A stretch of DNA of 39,671 nt, taken from the NCBI GenBank assembly GCA_964371455.1, contig CAYJMB010000002.1:1-39671 (forward strand), given 5' to 3'. Below, piece by piece: positions 8,455 through 15,752 of the stretch. Made by a program: the position numbers and the translations under genes. Source of the DNA: an uncultured archaeon (GTDB taxonomy: Archaea; Aenigmatarchaeota; Aenigmatarchaeia; GW2011-AR5). The notes under the pieces were generated by a model. It did no database searches. It saw only the letters and a list, made by a program, of their open reading frames with translations, and had not been told where the DNA came from. Numbering within the stretch: position 1 is the first letter of the stretch; the number at the start of each line of letters is the position of its first letter.

Positions 8455-9488
8455 ATCCAGTAAACCTCTTCCTTCTCGGCTTTCTCCAGTTTCGCAAAGA
8501 TGTCTGAGAAATCCTTCTCTGACAGATATTTCTCCAAAGAGATGAAGCTCAGGGAAAATTTTGCCATGGGTTTAATCTCCTGATACAAGGGGGAAAATGC
8601 ACCCGAGCTGGATGCAAAATCCAGGACAGCAACTTTCTTTTCTTTCAGGATTGCCAAGGCGTTCAGAGGGAAAGGACGATAAACCCTGATTCTCACCAAC
8701 CCGACTTTCTTGCCCTGCATGCGCAGGTTGTTCACTGCGGCTCTGGCTGTGCTGCTATGGTAGCCATATGTAACAAGGAGGAGCTCGGCATCGTCTGCCT
8801 GGTATTTTTCAACTGCTGGCCAGGATCTTTTGAATTTCTTCTTCCAGTTTTCATCTATTAAAGCGGCTATTTTGAGCACACTTTCCATGGCTTTTTGCTG
8901 CTGCTGCCGGGAGTGCGCATCATAATGTCCCAGGTGTGAAGGATTTTTCATATCCAACTTATGGGGAATTTTTACTTTTGGGAGGAAATTCTTTATTATC
9001 TGGCCTGATGGCAGTGACAAAGGCTCTGAGTAGTTCATGGGACCGTCCCATGCGATAACACAGGGGAGGAGGACTTTGCTGTCCACACAAAGTCTGAAAG
9101 ACATGATGATTGTATCCAACAACTCCTGATGAGATTCACAGAAGACAATAATACAGCCTGCATCGCGCAGAGACATCACGCTCTCCGGATGGGCTGCTGC
9201 AAAAATTATGACAGGCATCCTGACTAACGCTGCTTCCTTTACTGCTGCCGGGTCCGGATGCGCGATGGGCACAAAGGCACGCTTTTCAACAGACGACGCA
9301 GCAACAGCCGCGGTTATGGCAGATGCGGCAGAGTCTGATTCCAGCACATCTGCCTGCATAAGAGGCTTAATATGTTCCACTACAGGAAATGAACTATCCT
9401 GTGCATAAGAAACAAGATTTACCATGGACAGCTGTACAGCATGAGCCACGACTTCTGGCGTAGACAACAATTCATTTTTAATTATCAT
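8451..9488 (-). CDS. porA: 2-oxoacid:ferredoxin oxidoreductase alpha subunit-like, N-terminal motifs divergent
   Basis: The likely start is MIIKNELLS (ATG 9488-9486), which overlaps the porD stop (TAATG). The C-terminal domain is well conserved (LLLVTYGYHSSTARAAVNNLRMQGKKVGLVRIRVYRPFPLNAL...VAVLD). In the N-terminal domain GNEAVA, YPITP and ESEHSA read as TPEVVA, YAQDS and ESDSAA. Confidence 0.75.
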   Translation of the reverse strand: MIIKNELLSTPEVVAHAVQLSMVNLVSYAQDSSFPVVEHIKPLMQADVLESDSAASAITAAVAASSVEKRAFVPIAHPDPAAVKEAALVRMPVIIFAAAHPESVMSLRDAGCIIVFCESHQELLDTIIMSFRLCVDSKVLLPCVIAWDGPMNYSEPLSLPSGQIIKNFLPKVKIPHKLDMKNPSHLGHYDAHSRQQQQKAMESVLKIAALIDENWKKKFKRSWPAVEKYQADDAELLLVTYGYHSSTARAAVNNLRMQGKKVGLVRIRVYRPFPLNALAILKEKKVAVLDFASSSGAFSPLYQEIKPMAKFSLSFISLEKYLSEKDFSDIFAKLEKAEKEEVYWI

Positions 9489-9751
9489 TACTTCTCCTCT
9501 ATGATGGCTGTGGTGGGACATTCCCGCAGGCAGATAAGGCAGCCATCGCATAAATCGTAGGTAATAACAGGCCAGCCTTTCTGGTTTATTGAAATGGCAT
9601 TTCTTGGGCAGAACACAACACAGTTGTAGTTCTTTTCGCATACACTCAGGTTTATCTTTGGCTTGAAAATGCGCATATCAGCGGGCTTACCCGCTTGCTG
9701 TGGGGTGTGGGGCTGAACTTTTTTCTGCTTTACTTCATGATCAGCTAGCAT
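9488..9751 (-). CDS. porD: 2-oxoacid:ferredoxin oxidoreductase delta subunit (ferredoxin-like)
   Basis: The second cluster motif CDGCLICLRECP is intact. The first is atypical (CEKNYNCVVFCP). Size is 87 aa, and the gene sits between the gamma and alpha subunits. Confidence 0.75.
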   Translation of the reverse strand: MLADHEVKQKKVQPHTPQQAGKPADMRIFKPKINLSVCEKNYNCVVFCPRNAISINQKGWPVITYDLCDGCLICLRECPTTAIIEEK

Positions 9752-9761
9752 AAATTTTCCC

Positions 9762-10238
9762 CTACTTCACATTCCTAAAGCCCTCGTCAAGGGCGAGGTG
9801 CAGCTCCTTTCTGTCGCCTACTGCAAGCTTCGCAGATTTGACTGTGATTTTGTCACAGTGCTTCACAAGCGCGCCGAGCATTACTGCGCTGGGTTCTGGC
9901 TTTCTTACTACATTCAATGCAAGGGATGTTGCATTGAGGCTGTAAACCTTCAGCTTTCTTTTTTTGATCACAGGCGATTTGGGCTTTTCTGCATTCAATA
10001 TGACTACAGACTTCTCTTTCGCGTGCTTCAGGGCTTCCTGGAAATTCTGAGAGTCCAGAAGCAAGAGGAAATCTGGGAATTCCTCCTGCTTTGAGAGGAT
10101 GGGCTTTTTGTCCAGTTTGACGTATCCTTTCCGAGGCAGGCAGAACGATTGGACAAACAGGCCAGAGAAATAACATGCTTTAGCAATCATTTTTGTCAGA
10201 GATTCCGGCTCCAGACTTTCAATCTTTATCACTAGCAT
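9762..10238 (-). CDS. porG: 2-oxoacid:ferredoxin oxidoreductase gamma subunit-like (divergent)
   Basis: 158 aa, 10 nt upstream of porD, with gamma-like layout (…KMIAKACYFSGLFVQSF…PDFLLLLD…). The usual GRGGQG motif is absent. Confidence 0.6.
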   Translation of the reverse strand: MLVIKIESLEPESLTKMIAKACYFSGLFVQSFCLPRKGYVKLDKKPILSKQEEFPDFLLLLDSQNFQEALKHAKEKSVVILNAEKPKSPVIKKRKLKVYSLNATSLALNVVRKPEPSAVMLGALVKHCDKITVKSAKLAVGDRKELHLALDEGFRNVK

Positions 10239-10333
10239 AACGTAATAATTGGTGACTAATTGATATATAGTTATGCTGCAAGCAAGGAGGTTCGTATCTT
10301 TTGAGCAAGGACGAACTCAAATAAAGAACGCAT

Positions 10334-10627
10334 TTACTGGGCAGTCGGCGTTTCTTCCATTTCGCTGGTCACTGGCTGGATGTGCTTTATTATTACTATG
10401 TCGCCTATGCTCTGGACCATGCTGTAGGGGACTATGACGCCTTTCTTGTCGCCCACAAGGTCTGCCAAGAAGGAGCCGCGCACAGCATCCACGACCAGCG
10501 ACTTGACGCGGAATTTCTCCAGGTCCAGTCCTATGTCCAGGACTTTTCCGGAATATACACCTCTGTGGGTGAACACGTCTTTTCTTGTTATGTCTGAGAA
10601 ACTTTTCACATTTACTGGCATTACCAC
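10334..10627 (-). CDS. PRC-barrel domain protein
   Basis: PRC-barrel pattern: ITRKDVFTHRGVYSGKVLDIGLDLEKFRVKSLVV...GVIVPYSMVQSIGDIVII. SD GGAGGT lies 8 nt upstream of the ATG. Confidence 0.75.
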   Translation of the reverse strand: MVMPVNVKSFSDITRKDVFTHRGVYSGKVLDIGLDLEKFRVKSLVVDAVRGSFLADLVGDKKGVIVPYSMVQSIGDIVIIKHIQPVTSEMEETPTAQ

Positions 10628-10696
10628 GACCTCCTTTTGCTATGCTATCTATAGCGGCAGAGGAATTTAAAGATTCGGGGATTTTGGCATATATAT

Positions 10697-10960
10697 TCAC
10701 GTTTTCCGTGCAATTTTCGCGACAGTGTAATGCAACTGTAATGTCATGACTATGATTTTGGCATCAGCTATTTTGGAAAAACCGCCCTCTTTGGCCATGA
10801 TGTCATAGGTTCTCCTTCCTATGATCATGTGCCCTGCCTGCTTTATCATACTGCTGAAGCTTTTCCATTCCAGAGCAGAAACAAAGCTGGTGTCGTCGTC
10901 CTCTTTGGCAATAAGCCCGTTAACGGTCATGGCCATGTACAGGATCGCTTTCATAATCAT
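10697..10960 (-). CDS. RibD C-terminal/DHFR-like domain protein, apparently truncated (87 aa; family members are about twice this length as I recall)
   Basis: The N-terminal half matches the family (KAILYMAMTVNGLIAKEDDD...MIIGRRTYDIM). The ORF then ends just before the PRC-barrel promoter. Confidence 0.45.
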   Translation of the reverse strand: MIMKAILYMAMTVNGLIAKEDDDTSFVSALEWKSFSSMIKQAGHMIIGRRTYDIMAKEGGFSKIADAKIIVMTLQLHYTVAKIARKT

Positions 10961-11033
10961 ATCTTTCTGTTTTTGATATTTAAGTGTTAGGAAGGAAGTT
11001 TGATAAGGAAGGAAACGCGGGTTTCGTCCTTAT

Positions 11034-11158
11034 GCTGGGGTAGCCAAGTTTGGTCCAAGCGCTTCAGGCGCGGCTAACGGCGCATTTCCTTTTGGAACGT
11101 CACGGTTTGCTAAACCTGTGTGCTTCGGCACACGAGGGTTCAAATCCCTCCCCCAGCG
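11034..11158 (+). tRNA. tRNA-Ser(GCT), type II, with one intron of about 37 nt 5' of the anticodon loop
   Basis: Acceptor GCTGGGG/CCCCAGC with discriminator G. T-arm GAGGG-TTCAAAT-CCCTC. Long variable arm GTGTGC-TTCG-GCACAC. Removing 11069..11105 gives anticodon arm CAGGT-TTGCTAA-ACCTG. The D-arm fits poorly (GCC...GCG, 2-3 extra nt), so the junction is uncertain. Confidence 0.7.
11069..11105 (+). other. tRNA-Ser intron (non-canonical position, about 30/31; junction ambiguous by 2 nt, and a 40-nt alternative exists at 26/27)
   Basis: Splicing is needed to create the perfect 5-bp anticodon stem CAGGT/ACCTG. Confidence 0.55.
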
Positions 11159-11315
11159 CTTATGAGAATGATGCTTACAGATGGATTACGCTTGCTGATG
11201 CCAAAACAATGAAGTTCAGGGACGCTGCTGAAAAGAAGACCATCATGCAGCTGCTTGGCGAGAGGAAATGGCAGTAGAATAGCAAATCTGAACATTTTAA
11301 AGAGGCTGCGGGCAC

Positions 11316-11723
11316 ATGAAAGAAACGCATGTTGTGACATCTATTCTCATGTGCGAAGGGAAGATACTCATAGTCAAGAGAAGCGAGAGGGTAGGGTCGT
11401 TCAGGGGGAAATGGGCAGGCATCTCAGGGTATATTGAAGCAGGAGAAAATCCCCTGGAATGCGCCATTAAGGAAATCAGGGAAGAGACAGGACTCAAGGA
11501 GGAAGAGATAAAATTAATATCAGAGGGCGACTCTGTGATTACAAAAAAAGACGGCGAGACATGGGTTGTGCACCCCTTCCTCTTTGAAACAGGGAAAAGC
11601 GAGATATGCCTGGACTGGGAGCATGAGCAGTGCGAGTGGATTGAGGCGAAAGATCTGGGAAACTACGAGACAGTGCCCAGCCTGAAAGAAGTCCTGGAGA
11701 GCGTGCTCAGTTCGCGTAAATGA
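11316..11723 (+). CDS. Nudix hydrolase
   Basis: Nudix box GKWAGISGYIEAGENPLECAIKEIREETGL (GX5EX7REUXEEXGU). Confidence 0.85.
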   Translation: MKETHVVTSILMCEGKILIVKRSERVGSFRGKWAGISGYIEAGENPLECAIKEIREETGLKEEEIKLISEGDSVITKKDGETWVVHPFLFETGKSEICLDWEHEQCEWIEAKDLGNYETVPSLKEVLESVLSSRK

Positions 11724-11775
11724 TTTTGCTATTGGTCTCACGAAGAAGATAAAAATCTACAGGGTAATACTTATA

Positions 11776-11964
11776 GTGAGCATAATGATACTAGATAAAT
11801 GGCAGGTCCTAGGAATTACAGCCTTGATTTTTAACCCTGTGCCGACAGGCATACTGGCCGGCTACTTCCTGCACAGGGACAAGTACGGCTCGGGGAAGTT
11901 CATCATGCTGCTATCAGTTATCTGGGCTGCAGCACTTATTTATTTCTTGTACGCAAGGAGCTAA
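11776..11964 (+). CDS. Small membrane protein (2 TM)
   Basis: GTG start at 11776, with an alternative ATG at 11785. Two hydrophobic segments. It lies between the two Nudix genes on the same strand. Confidence 0.4.
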   Translation: MSIMILDKWQVLGITALIFNPVPTGILAGYFLHRDKYGSGKFIMLLSVIWAAALIYFLYARS

Positions 11965-11973
11965 GGTGAAATC

Positions 11974-12438
11974 ATGATCAAAGGAACTTTGTGCTACATT
12001 GTGACAGAAGGGAAGATTCTTCTCATAAAAAAGAAGACTGGTTTGGGAGAAGGGAAGTTCAATGGCCCGGGCGGCAAGGTAGAAGACGGCGAGACAGCGG
12101 AGAGCGCGGCTGTGAGGGAATTCGTGGAAGAGACAGGCGTCATGCCGCTTGACCCAGAGCATGCAGGCACAGTAGCATTTTACTTTGGGCAGAAAGAGAA
12201 ACCAGACTGGCTGGTGCACATCTTCAAAGCAGCGCGTTTCAAGGGCGAACCTGTCAATACAGAGGAAGCTGAGCCGCAGTGGTTTGGGCTAGATGCTATC
12301 CCATACAACCACATGTGGCCTGATGACAGGATATGGATGCCCCTCATGCTAGCAGGCAAAAAGTTCATGGGGAAATTTTACTTCGATGAAAAAGGGGAAG
12401 AAATGAAAGAGCATGAGATCATTGCTGTGGAGACTTGA
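11974..12438 (+). CDS. Nudix hydrolase (MutT-like)
   Basis: Nudix box GPGGKVEDGETAESAAVREFVEETGV. Confidence 0.85.
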   Translation: MIKGTLCYIVTEGKILLIKKKTGLGEGKFNGPGGKVEDGETAESAAVREFVEETGVMPLDPEHAGTVAFYFGQKEKPDWLVHIFKAARFKGEPVNTEEAEPQWFGLDAIPYNHMWPDDRIWMPLMLAGKKFMGKFYFDEKGEEMKEHEIIAVET

Positions 12439-12487
12439 GCACATGGAAAAATGGGTCGGGGCAGAATCGAACTGCCTGTTTCTGCCT

Positions 12488-12530
12488 TACCTATAAAATG
12501 GGGTACGATGCATCGAAGATGCAGGGTACT
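12488..12530 (-). other. tRNA-Val intron 2, canonical 37/38 position, 43 nt
   Basis: It lies between CTTACA and A-GGCAG and contains the hairpin GCATC-TTC-GATGC. Confidence 0.7.
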
Positions 12531-12541
12531 TGTAAGGGCAG

Positions 12542-12573
12542 CGTTTAGCCGATTGAGATACCAAAGCTGCTTC
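12542..12573 (-). other. tRNA-Val intron 1, non-canonical, 32 nt, between the D-arm and the anticodon stem (position 26/27, or alternatively 21/22)
   Basis: The length arithmetic fits exactly (149-43-32=74). The precise junction is not resolved. Confidence 0.55.
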
Positions 12574-12644
12574 AATCACATGCCGGTAGACCACCGACCC
12601 ATGATGAATAATTTAAAGACAATACATAAATAGTTGGAAAGGAA

Positions 12645-12941
12645 TTGAAGCATATGGCTGATTCAGTTGAAGAGAAAGCAAAGCAGTACATGGATGTGCG
12701 GACTGTCATACTGACTTCAATAATTTCTGCATTCGGTTTTGTGCTTGCACTATTCTGGAACGAGGCTGTGAAATCGGCAATAGAGCAGGTTGTGCCAAGA
12801 GGCGATTCGGTTACAGCAAAATTCATGGCTGCAATAATAGTGACTATTGTTGTCGTCGTCCTAATATTCATTATAATCAAGAGCCAGAAGATTGCGGAAA
12901 AGAGAGTGACTGCATTAACGAGAAAGATGAATGAGAAATAA
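12645..12941 (+). CDS. Small membrane protein (2 TM)
   Basis: Clean ORF with TM segments ILTSIISAFGFVLALFW and FMAAIIVTIVVVVLIFIII. Confidence 0.55.
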   Translation: MKHMADSVEEKAKQYMDVRTVILTSIISAFGFVLALFWNEAVKSAIEQVVPRGDSVTAKFMAAIIVTIVVVVLIFIIIKSQKIAEKRVTALTRKMNEK

Positions 12942-13046
12942 TTATCGGCGATTAACTAAGTGCGTTTCATATTCCAATTGCACTGCTTCTGTAATTGCTC
13001 CCAAGAATATACAAGATTTAAATACGGGCTTTGACATATAAAGAAT

Positions 13047-13517
13047 ATGAAAACGTCCCTCATTGTCTGGGGCATTATCATGCTTATTGTATTCTCAGGA
13101 GCCAATTGGCTTTTGGCAAACAAACTGCTTGCAGAAGCCTGGATATGGGTGATACTGGCAATAATTCTCGTTGTAGCCAATTTCCTGCTTGGCAGGACAT
13201 TCAAGAAAATGCCGAAAGGCACAGAGACTATGTGGATGGCGCTTAATGTATTTGGCTTTATAACAACGCTGGCTGTTGCTGTTGGCGTTGTGCCTGCGCC
13301 ACCCTGGTGGCTGATGTCACTGTGGCTGCTCCTTATGGGAGGCGCTGTGGCTATCGGGGGACATGCTGGCAATAACGCACTGAATATGTTCATGGGGCTG
13401 ATAATGATATTTGCGTCTTTGTCTGTTGCAGGCTTTGGCAATTCTTATCTGCTTGCAGGCTCGCTGTTTTTTGGATTCCTCGCAGTGGTGCACGGCTACT
13501 TCTTCGGTGAAGAATAA
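13047..13517 (+). CDS. Integral membrane protein (4-5 TM)
   Basis: Hydrophobic throughout; no family assigned. Confidence 0.55.
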   Translation: MKTSLIVWGIIMLIVFSGANWLLANKLLAEAWIWVILAIILVVANFLLGRTFKKMPKGTETMWMALNVFGFITTLAVAVGVVPAPPWWLMSLWLLLMGGAVAIGGHAGNNALNMFMGLIMIFASLSVAGFGNSYLLAGSLFFGFLAVVHGYFFGEE

Positions 13518-14188
13518 AACCAAGATTCCTTTTCAATTAAAGCAATGTACATATAATTGCCTGAATCTATGAACTTTCTGATGCGCCATCCCGTTCCTTG
13601 AAGAATGTTGTTCATTTCTTTTTTTGAAACAAGCAAGTAATCAAGCCAATCTCCTTTATGTTTTTTGAATCTTATTCTTATCCTCAGCTGGCCAGCCATT
13701 CTCCCACGCCTTTTATTAAATTTGTGATATTCAAGGTGTGCCGGATCTTTAGTATTATATGGATCGAGGCTTTCAGCAATAATTAGAGCTTTCTTCGTAG
13801 TTATTTTATGCAAGATTTTCAACAAATGCTTGGCTTTTTTGAAACTTCCGAACAAGCCAAAATTGTTGCCATACATAATTACCGTATCGAATGAATCCGG
13901 CTTGAATTTTCTTATTTCATCTATGGACATGACCAAAGCTCTCTTGACACCCCTTGCTTTGCACACCTTAATAGCAAGAGGAGAATTGTCTATGGCCGTA
14001 ATGTCAAAACCTTTCTTCTGGAGATAAAGAGATACCCTTCCAGCTCCGCAGCCGATATCCAAAACATGTCCTTTTGCAAACTTAATAGCTTTCTTCTGCC
14101 AAAGAGGCCAATTTTTATAACCTGCAAATTTGTTTTCAAAGTATAAAAAATGGAAAAACATCAATTCAATTTCTGCACTAATTTTCAT
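13496..14188 (-). CDS. Class I SAM-dependent methyltransferase
   Basis: Motif I VLDIGCGAGRVSLYL, then motif II ITAIDNS. The start is uncertain: ORF-track start 14335, with ATG candidates at 14188 and 14161. Confidence 0.8.
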   Translation of the reverse strand: MKISAEIELMFFHFLYFENKFAGYKNWPLWQKKAIKFAKGHVLDIGCGAGRVSLYLQKKGFDITAIDNSPLAIKVCKARGVKRALVMSIDEIRKFKPDSFDTVIMYGNNFGLFGSFKKAKHLLKILHKITTKKALIIAESLDPYNTKDPAHLEYHKFNKRRGRMAGQLRIRIRFKKHKGDWLDYLLVSKKEMNNILQGTGWRIRKFIDSGNYMYIALIEKESWFYSSPKK

Positions 14189-14465
14189 GCTTTGCACCAA
14201 AACACGTATTATTAAAGAAATATATGAGTCTAACGTGGTAAAGATGAATTGCATTGCATGCGGAGAGCAGACATTGCTGACCAGCAAATGTTGTGAAGTG
14301 ATAGCAGCATTTTGCAATGAGCATCTCCCTATCAAGATAAGAATTCCTTTAGTCGTTCAGCACTGAACAGCCTAGGACAGAAAATCCCTTTCTTGTAAGA
14401 AAGGTCTTTGCATACCCCAAAGAACAGTTGGGATATTATAGTGGAGGACCATAGGAGGTGGTTGC

Positions 14466-14627
14466 ATGAATAAGGGATTTATTGCGAAGATTCCAAAATG
14501 CTGCGGCCGAGCAATGGAGATAAGAATGGAGACTCCACGATTTCTTGAGCTGTGCTGCAGTTACTGTGATGATGCGGTGTACGTCAAAAAAGACTATGTA
14601 AAAGGGCCGCAGCTTCTTGACGACTGA
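14466..14627 (+). CDS. Small Cys-rich (zinc-ribbon-like) protein, 53 aa
   Basis: Below the ORF-track cutoff. A strong SD (taGGAGGTGgttgc) precedes the ATG. Sequence: MNKGFIAKIPKCCGRAMEIRMETPRFLELCCSYCDDAVYVKKDYVKGPQLLDD, with two Cys pairs spaced 17 aa apart. Preferred over the antisense 73-aa ORF 14436..14657. Confidence 0.45.
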   Translation: MNKGFIAKIPKCCGRAMEIRMETPRFLELCCSYCDDAVYVKKDYVKGPQLLDD

Positions 14628-14631
14628 ACTA

Positions 14632-15132
14632 ATGATTCTTAAAGTTTCAAACACCAAAATTACAAAAGAGTTAAAAGAGTTGAACCTGACTATGACAGAA
14701 AAATCGACAAAAAAAGTGAAGTGGAATGAGACAACATTCTTTATGATAATAGCTGTTTATCTTATTGTTATAGTATTTTCTGGCATATATTTATTTGCAT
14801 GGCAGGGATTCGGTTCCAAGGGACTCGTCTTTTCTATAGCAGGAAGAGACCAGGTGCTCAATGCATTTGACATCATACTGCTCGCAGCAACCATTGCAGC
14901 ATTTTTCCTTGTTGCAATTTCACTGCTGGCATTCAAGAGGCGCAAGGACAACAGGATTTTAATTCTGGCTCTAGCATTCTTCTTTTTTGCACTGAGCGAG
15001 ATACTCCAGCTCTTTGAGAATTTTTTCCCTGCGGAGTACATATTCATCAGCAACGCGGGCAAAGTCCTTGACCTGCTCATTCTGCTGTCATTTGCAATGC
15101 TGGTTTATGCCAGGTACTACAAGCCAAGGTGA
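14632..15132 (+). CDS. Integral membrane protein (4 TM)
   Basis: ORF-track frame 14617..15132 (TTG start); first ATG at 14632. It overlaps the downstream regulator start by 4 nt. Confidence 0.55.
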   Translation: MILKVSNTKITKELKELNLTMTEKSTKKVKWNETTFFMIIAVYLIVIVFSGIYLFAWQGFGSKGLVFSIAGRDQVLNAFDIILLAATIAAFFLVAISLLAFKRRKDNRILILALAFFFFALSEILQLFENFFPAEYIFISNAGKVLDLLILLSFAMLVYARYYKPR

Positions 15133-15662
15133 TAGCTATGCCAGACCCCCTGCAGCTGGAGGTCAGAAAGAACATTTACGACACAATATGCAAGTATCCC
15201 GGCATACACATGCGCGAACTGCAGAGGCAGCTGCAACTTGCCACCGGCAGCATGGACTATCATCTGCACTTTCTTCATAAAAATGGCCTCATCAGGCTGG
15301 AAAAGACCGGACGGTTCACAAGATACTACAATGCCATGGAGGCGTTCTCCGAGGCGGAAAAGCACGTGCTGTCCATCCTCAGGCAAGAAAAGCTCAGGCA
15401 TATCGTTCTATTTTTGCTGCAGAAGAAACATGCGAATGCGACAAATATCTCAGAAGCTACAGGGCTTCAGCCTTCCAATCTTTCAGGACATCTCAAGACG
15501 CTGGAAAACAATGGCATCATCCAGTACAGCAAAAAAGGCAGATTCCGCTTCTATGAGGTCAAAGACAAAGATATGATAATCAAGTGCCTTGTTGTGCACA
15601 AAAAGAGCTTCCTTGACCAGATGGTTGATAATTTTATAGACGCGTGGATCGGGGAAGAATGA
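15129..15662 (+). CDS. Transcriptional regulator with two ArsR-like winged-helix domains
   Basis: wHTH 1: IHMRELQRQLQLATGSMDYHLHFLHKNGLI. wHTH 2: NISEATGLQPSNLSGHLKTLENNGIIQYSKKGRFRFYEV. GTG start at 15129, alternative ATG at 15138. Confidence 0.75.
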   Translation: MIAMPDPLQLEVRKNIYDTICKYPGIHMRELQRQLQLATGSMDYHLHFLHKNGLIRLEKTGRFTRYYNAMEAFSEAEKHVLSILRQEKLRHIVLFLLQKKHANATNISEATGLQPSNLSGHLKTLENNGIIQYSKKGRFRFYEVKDKDMIIKCLVVHKKSFLDQMVDNFIDAWIGEE

Positions 15663-15752
15663 GAAATGAAAGAAATGACTTGTCAACTATGCTTACAACA
15701 ATTATGAAAGACTTGCGAGAGCAGATTTTATCATAGGAGCAATTCCATAGGC

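Larger units (their letters stand above)
12452..12600 (-). tRNA. tRNA-Val(TAC) with two introns (149 nt gene, 74 nt mature)
   Basis: The reverse strand reads GGGTCGG TG GTCT ACCGGCATG TGAT T [32 nt] CTGCC CTTACA [43 nt] A GGCAG AAACA GGCAG TTCGATT CTGCC CCGACCC A. The acceptor, anticodon and T stems are fully paired. The anticodon is at 12534-12532. Confidence 0.8.

Noticed and set aside
10317-10700. 127-aa Arg/Gly/Pro-rich ORF overlapping the PRC-barrel gene in another frame
   Set aside because: It is an alternative frame of a gene with a clear domain and SD, and its composition is typical of off-frame translation.
11168-11231. C/D-box sRNA candidate (ATGATGC ... CTGA ... TGATGC ... CTGA) downstream of tRNA-Ser; similar hits at 12601-12660 and 14566-14626
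   Set aside because: The C box is imperfect, the C-to-D' spacing is about 20 nt instead of about 12, there is no terminal stem, and the other two hits overlap coding starts or ORFs.
11050-11277. 75-aa ORF on the plus strand
   Set aside because: It lies almost entirely within and just downstream of the tRNA-Ser gene. It has no SD and no motif, and the RNA gene explains the sequence.
12378-12633. ORFs 12378..12575 (-) and 12451..12633 (+)
   Set aside because: Both overlap the tRNA-Val gene and its introns and have no coding features.
14436-14657. 73-aa minus-strand ORF
   Set aside because: The opposite strand carries a 53-aa Cys-rich ORF with a strong SD that is tightly coupled to the downstream genes. 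The minus ORF has no such signals.
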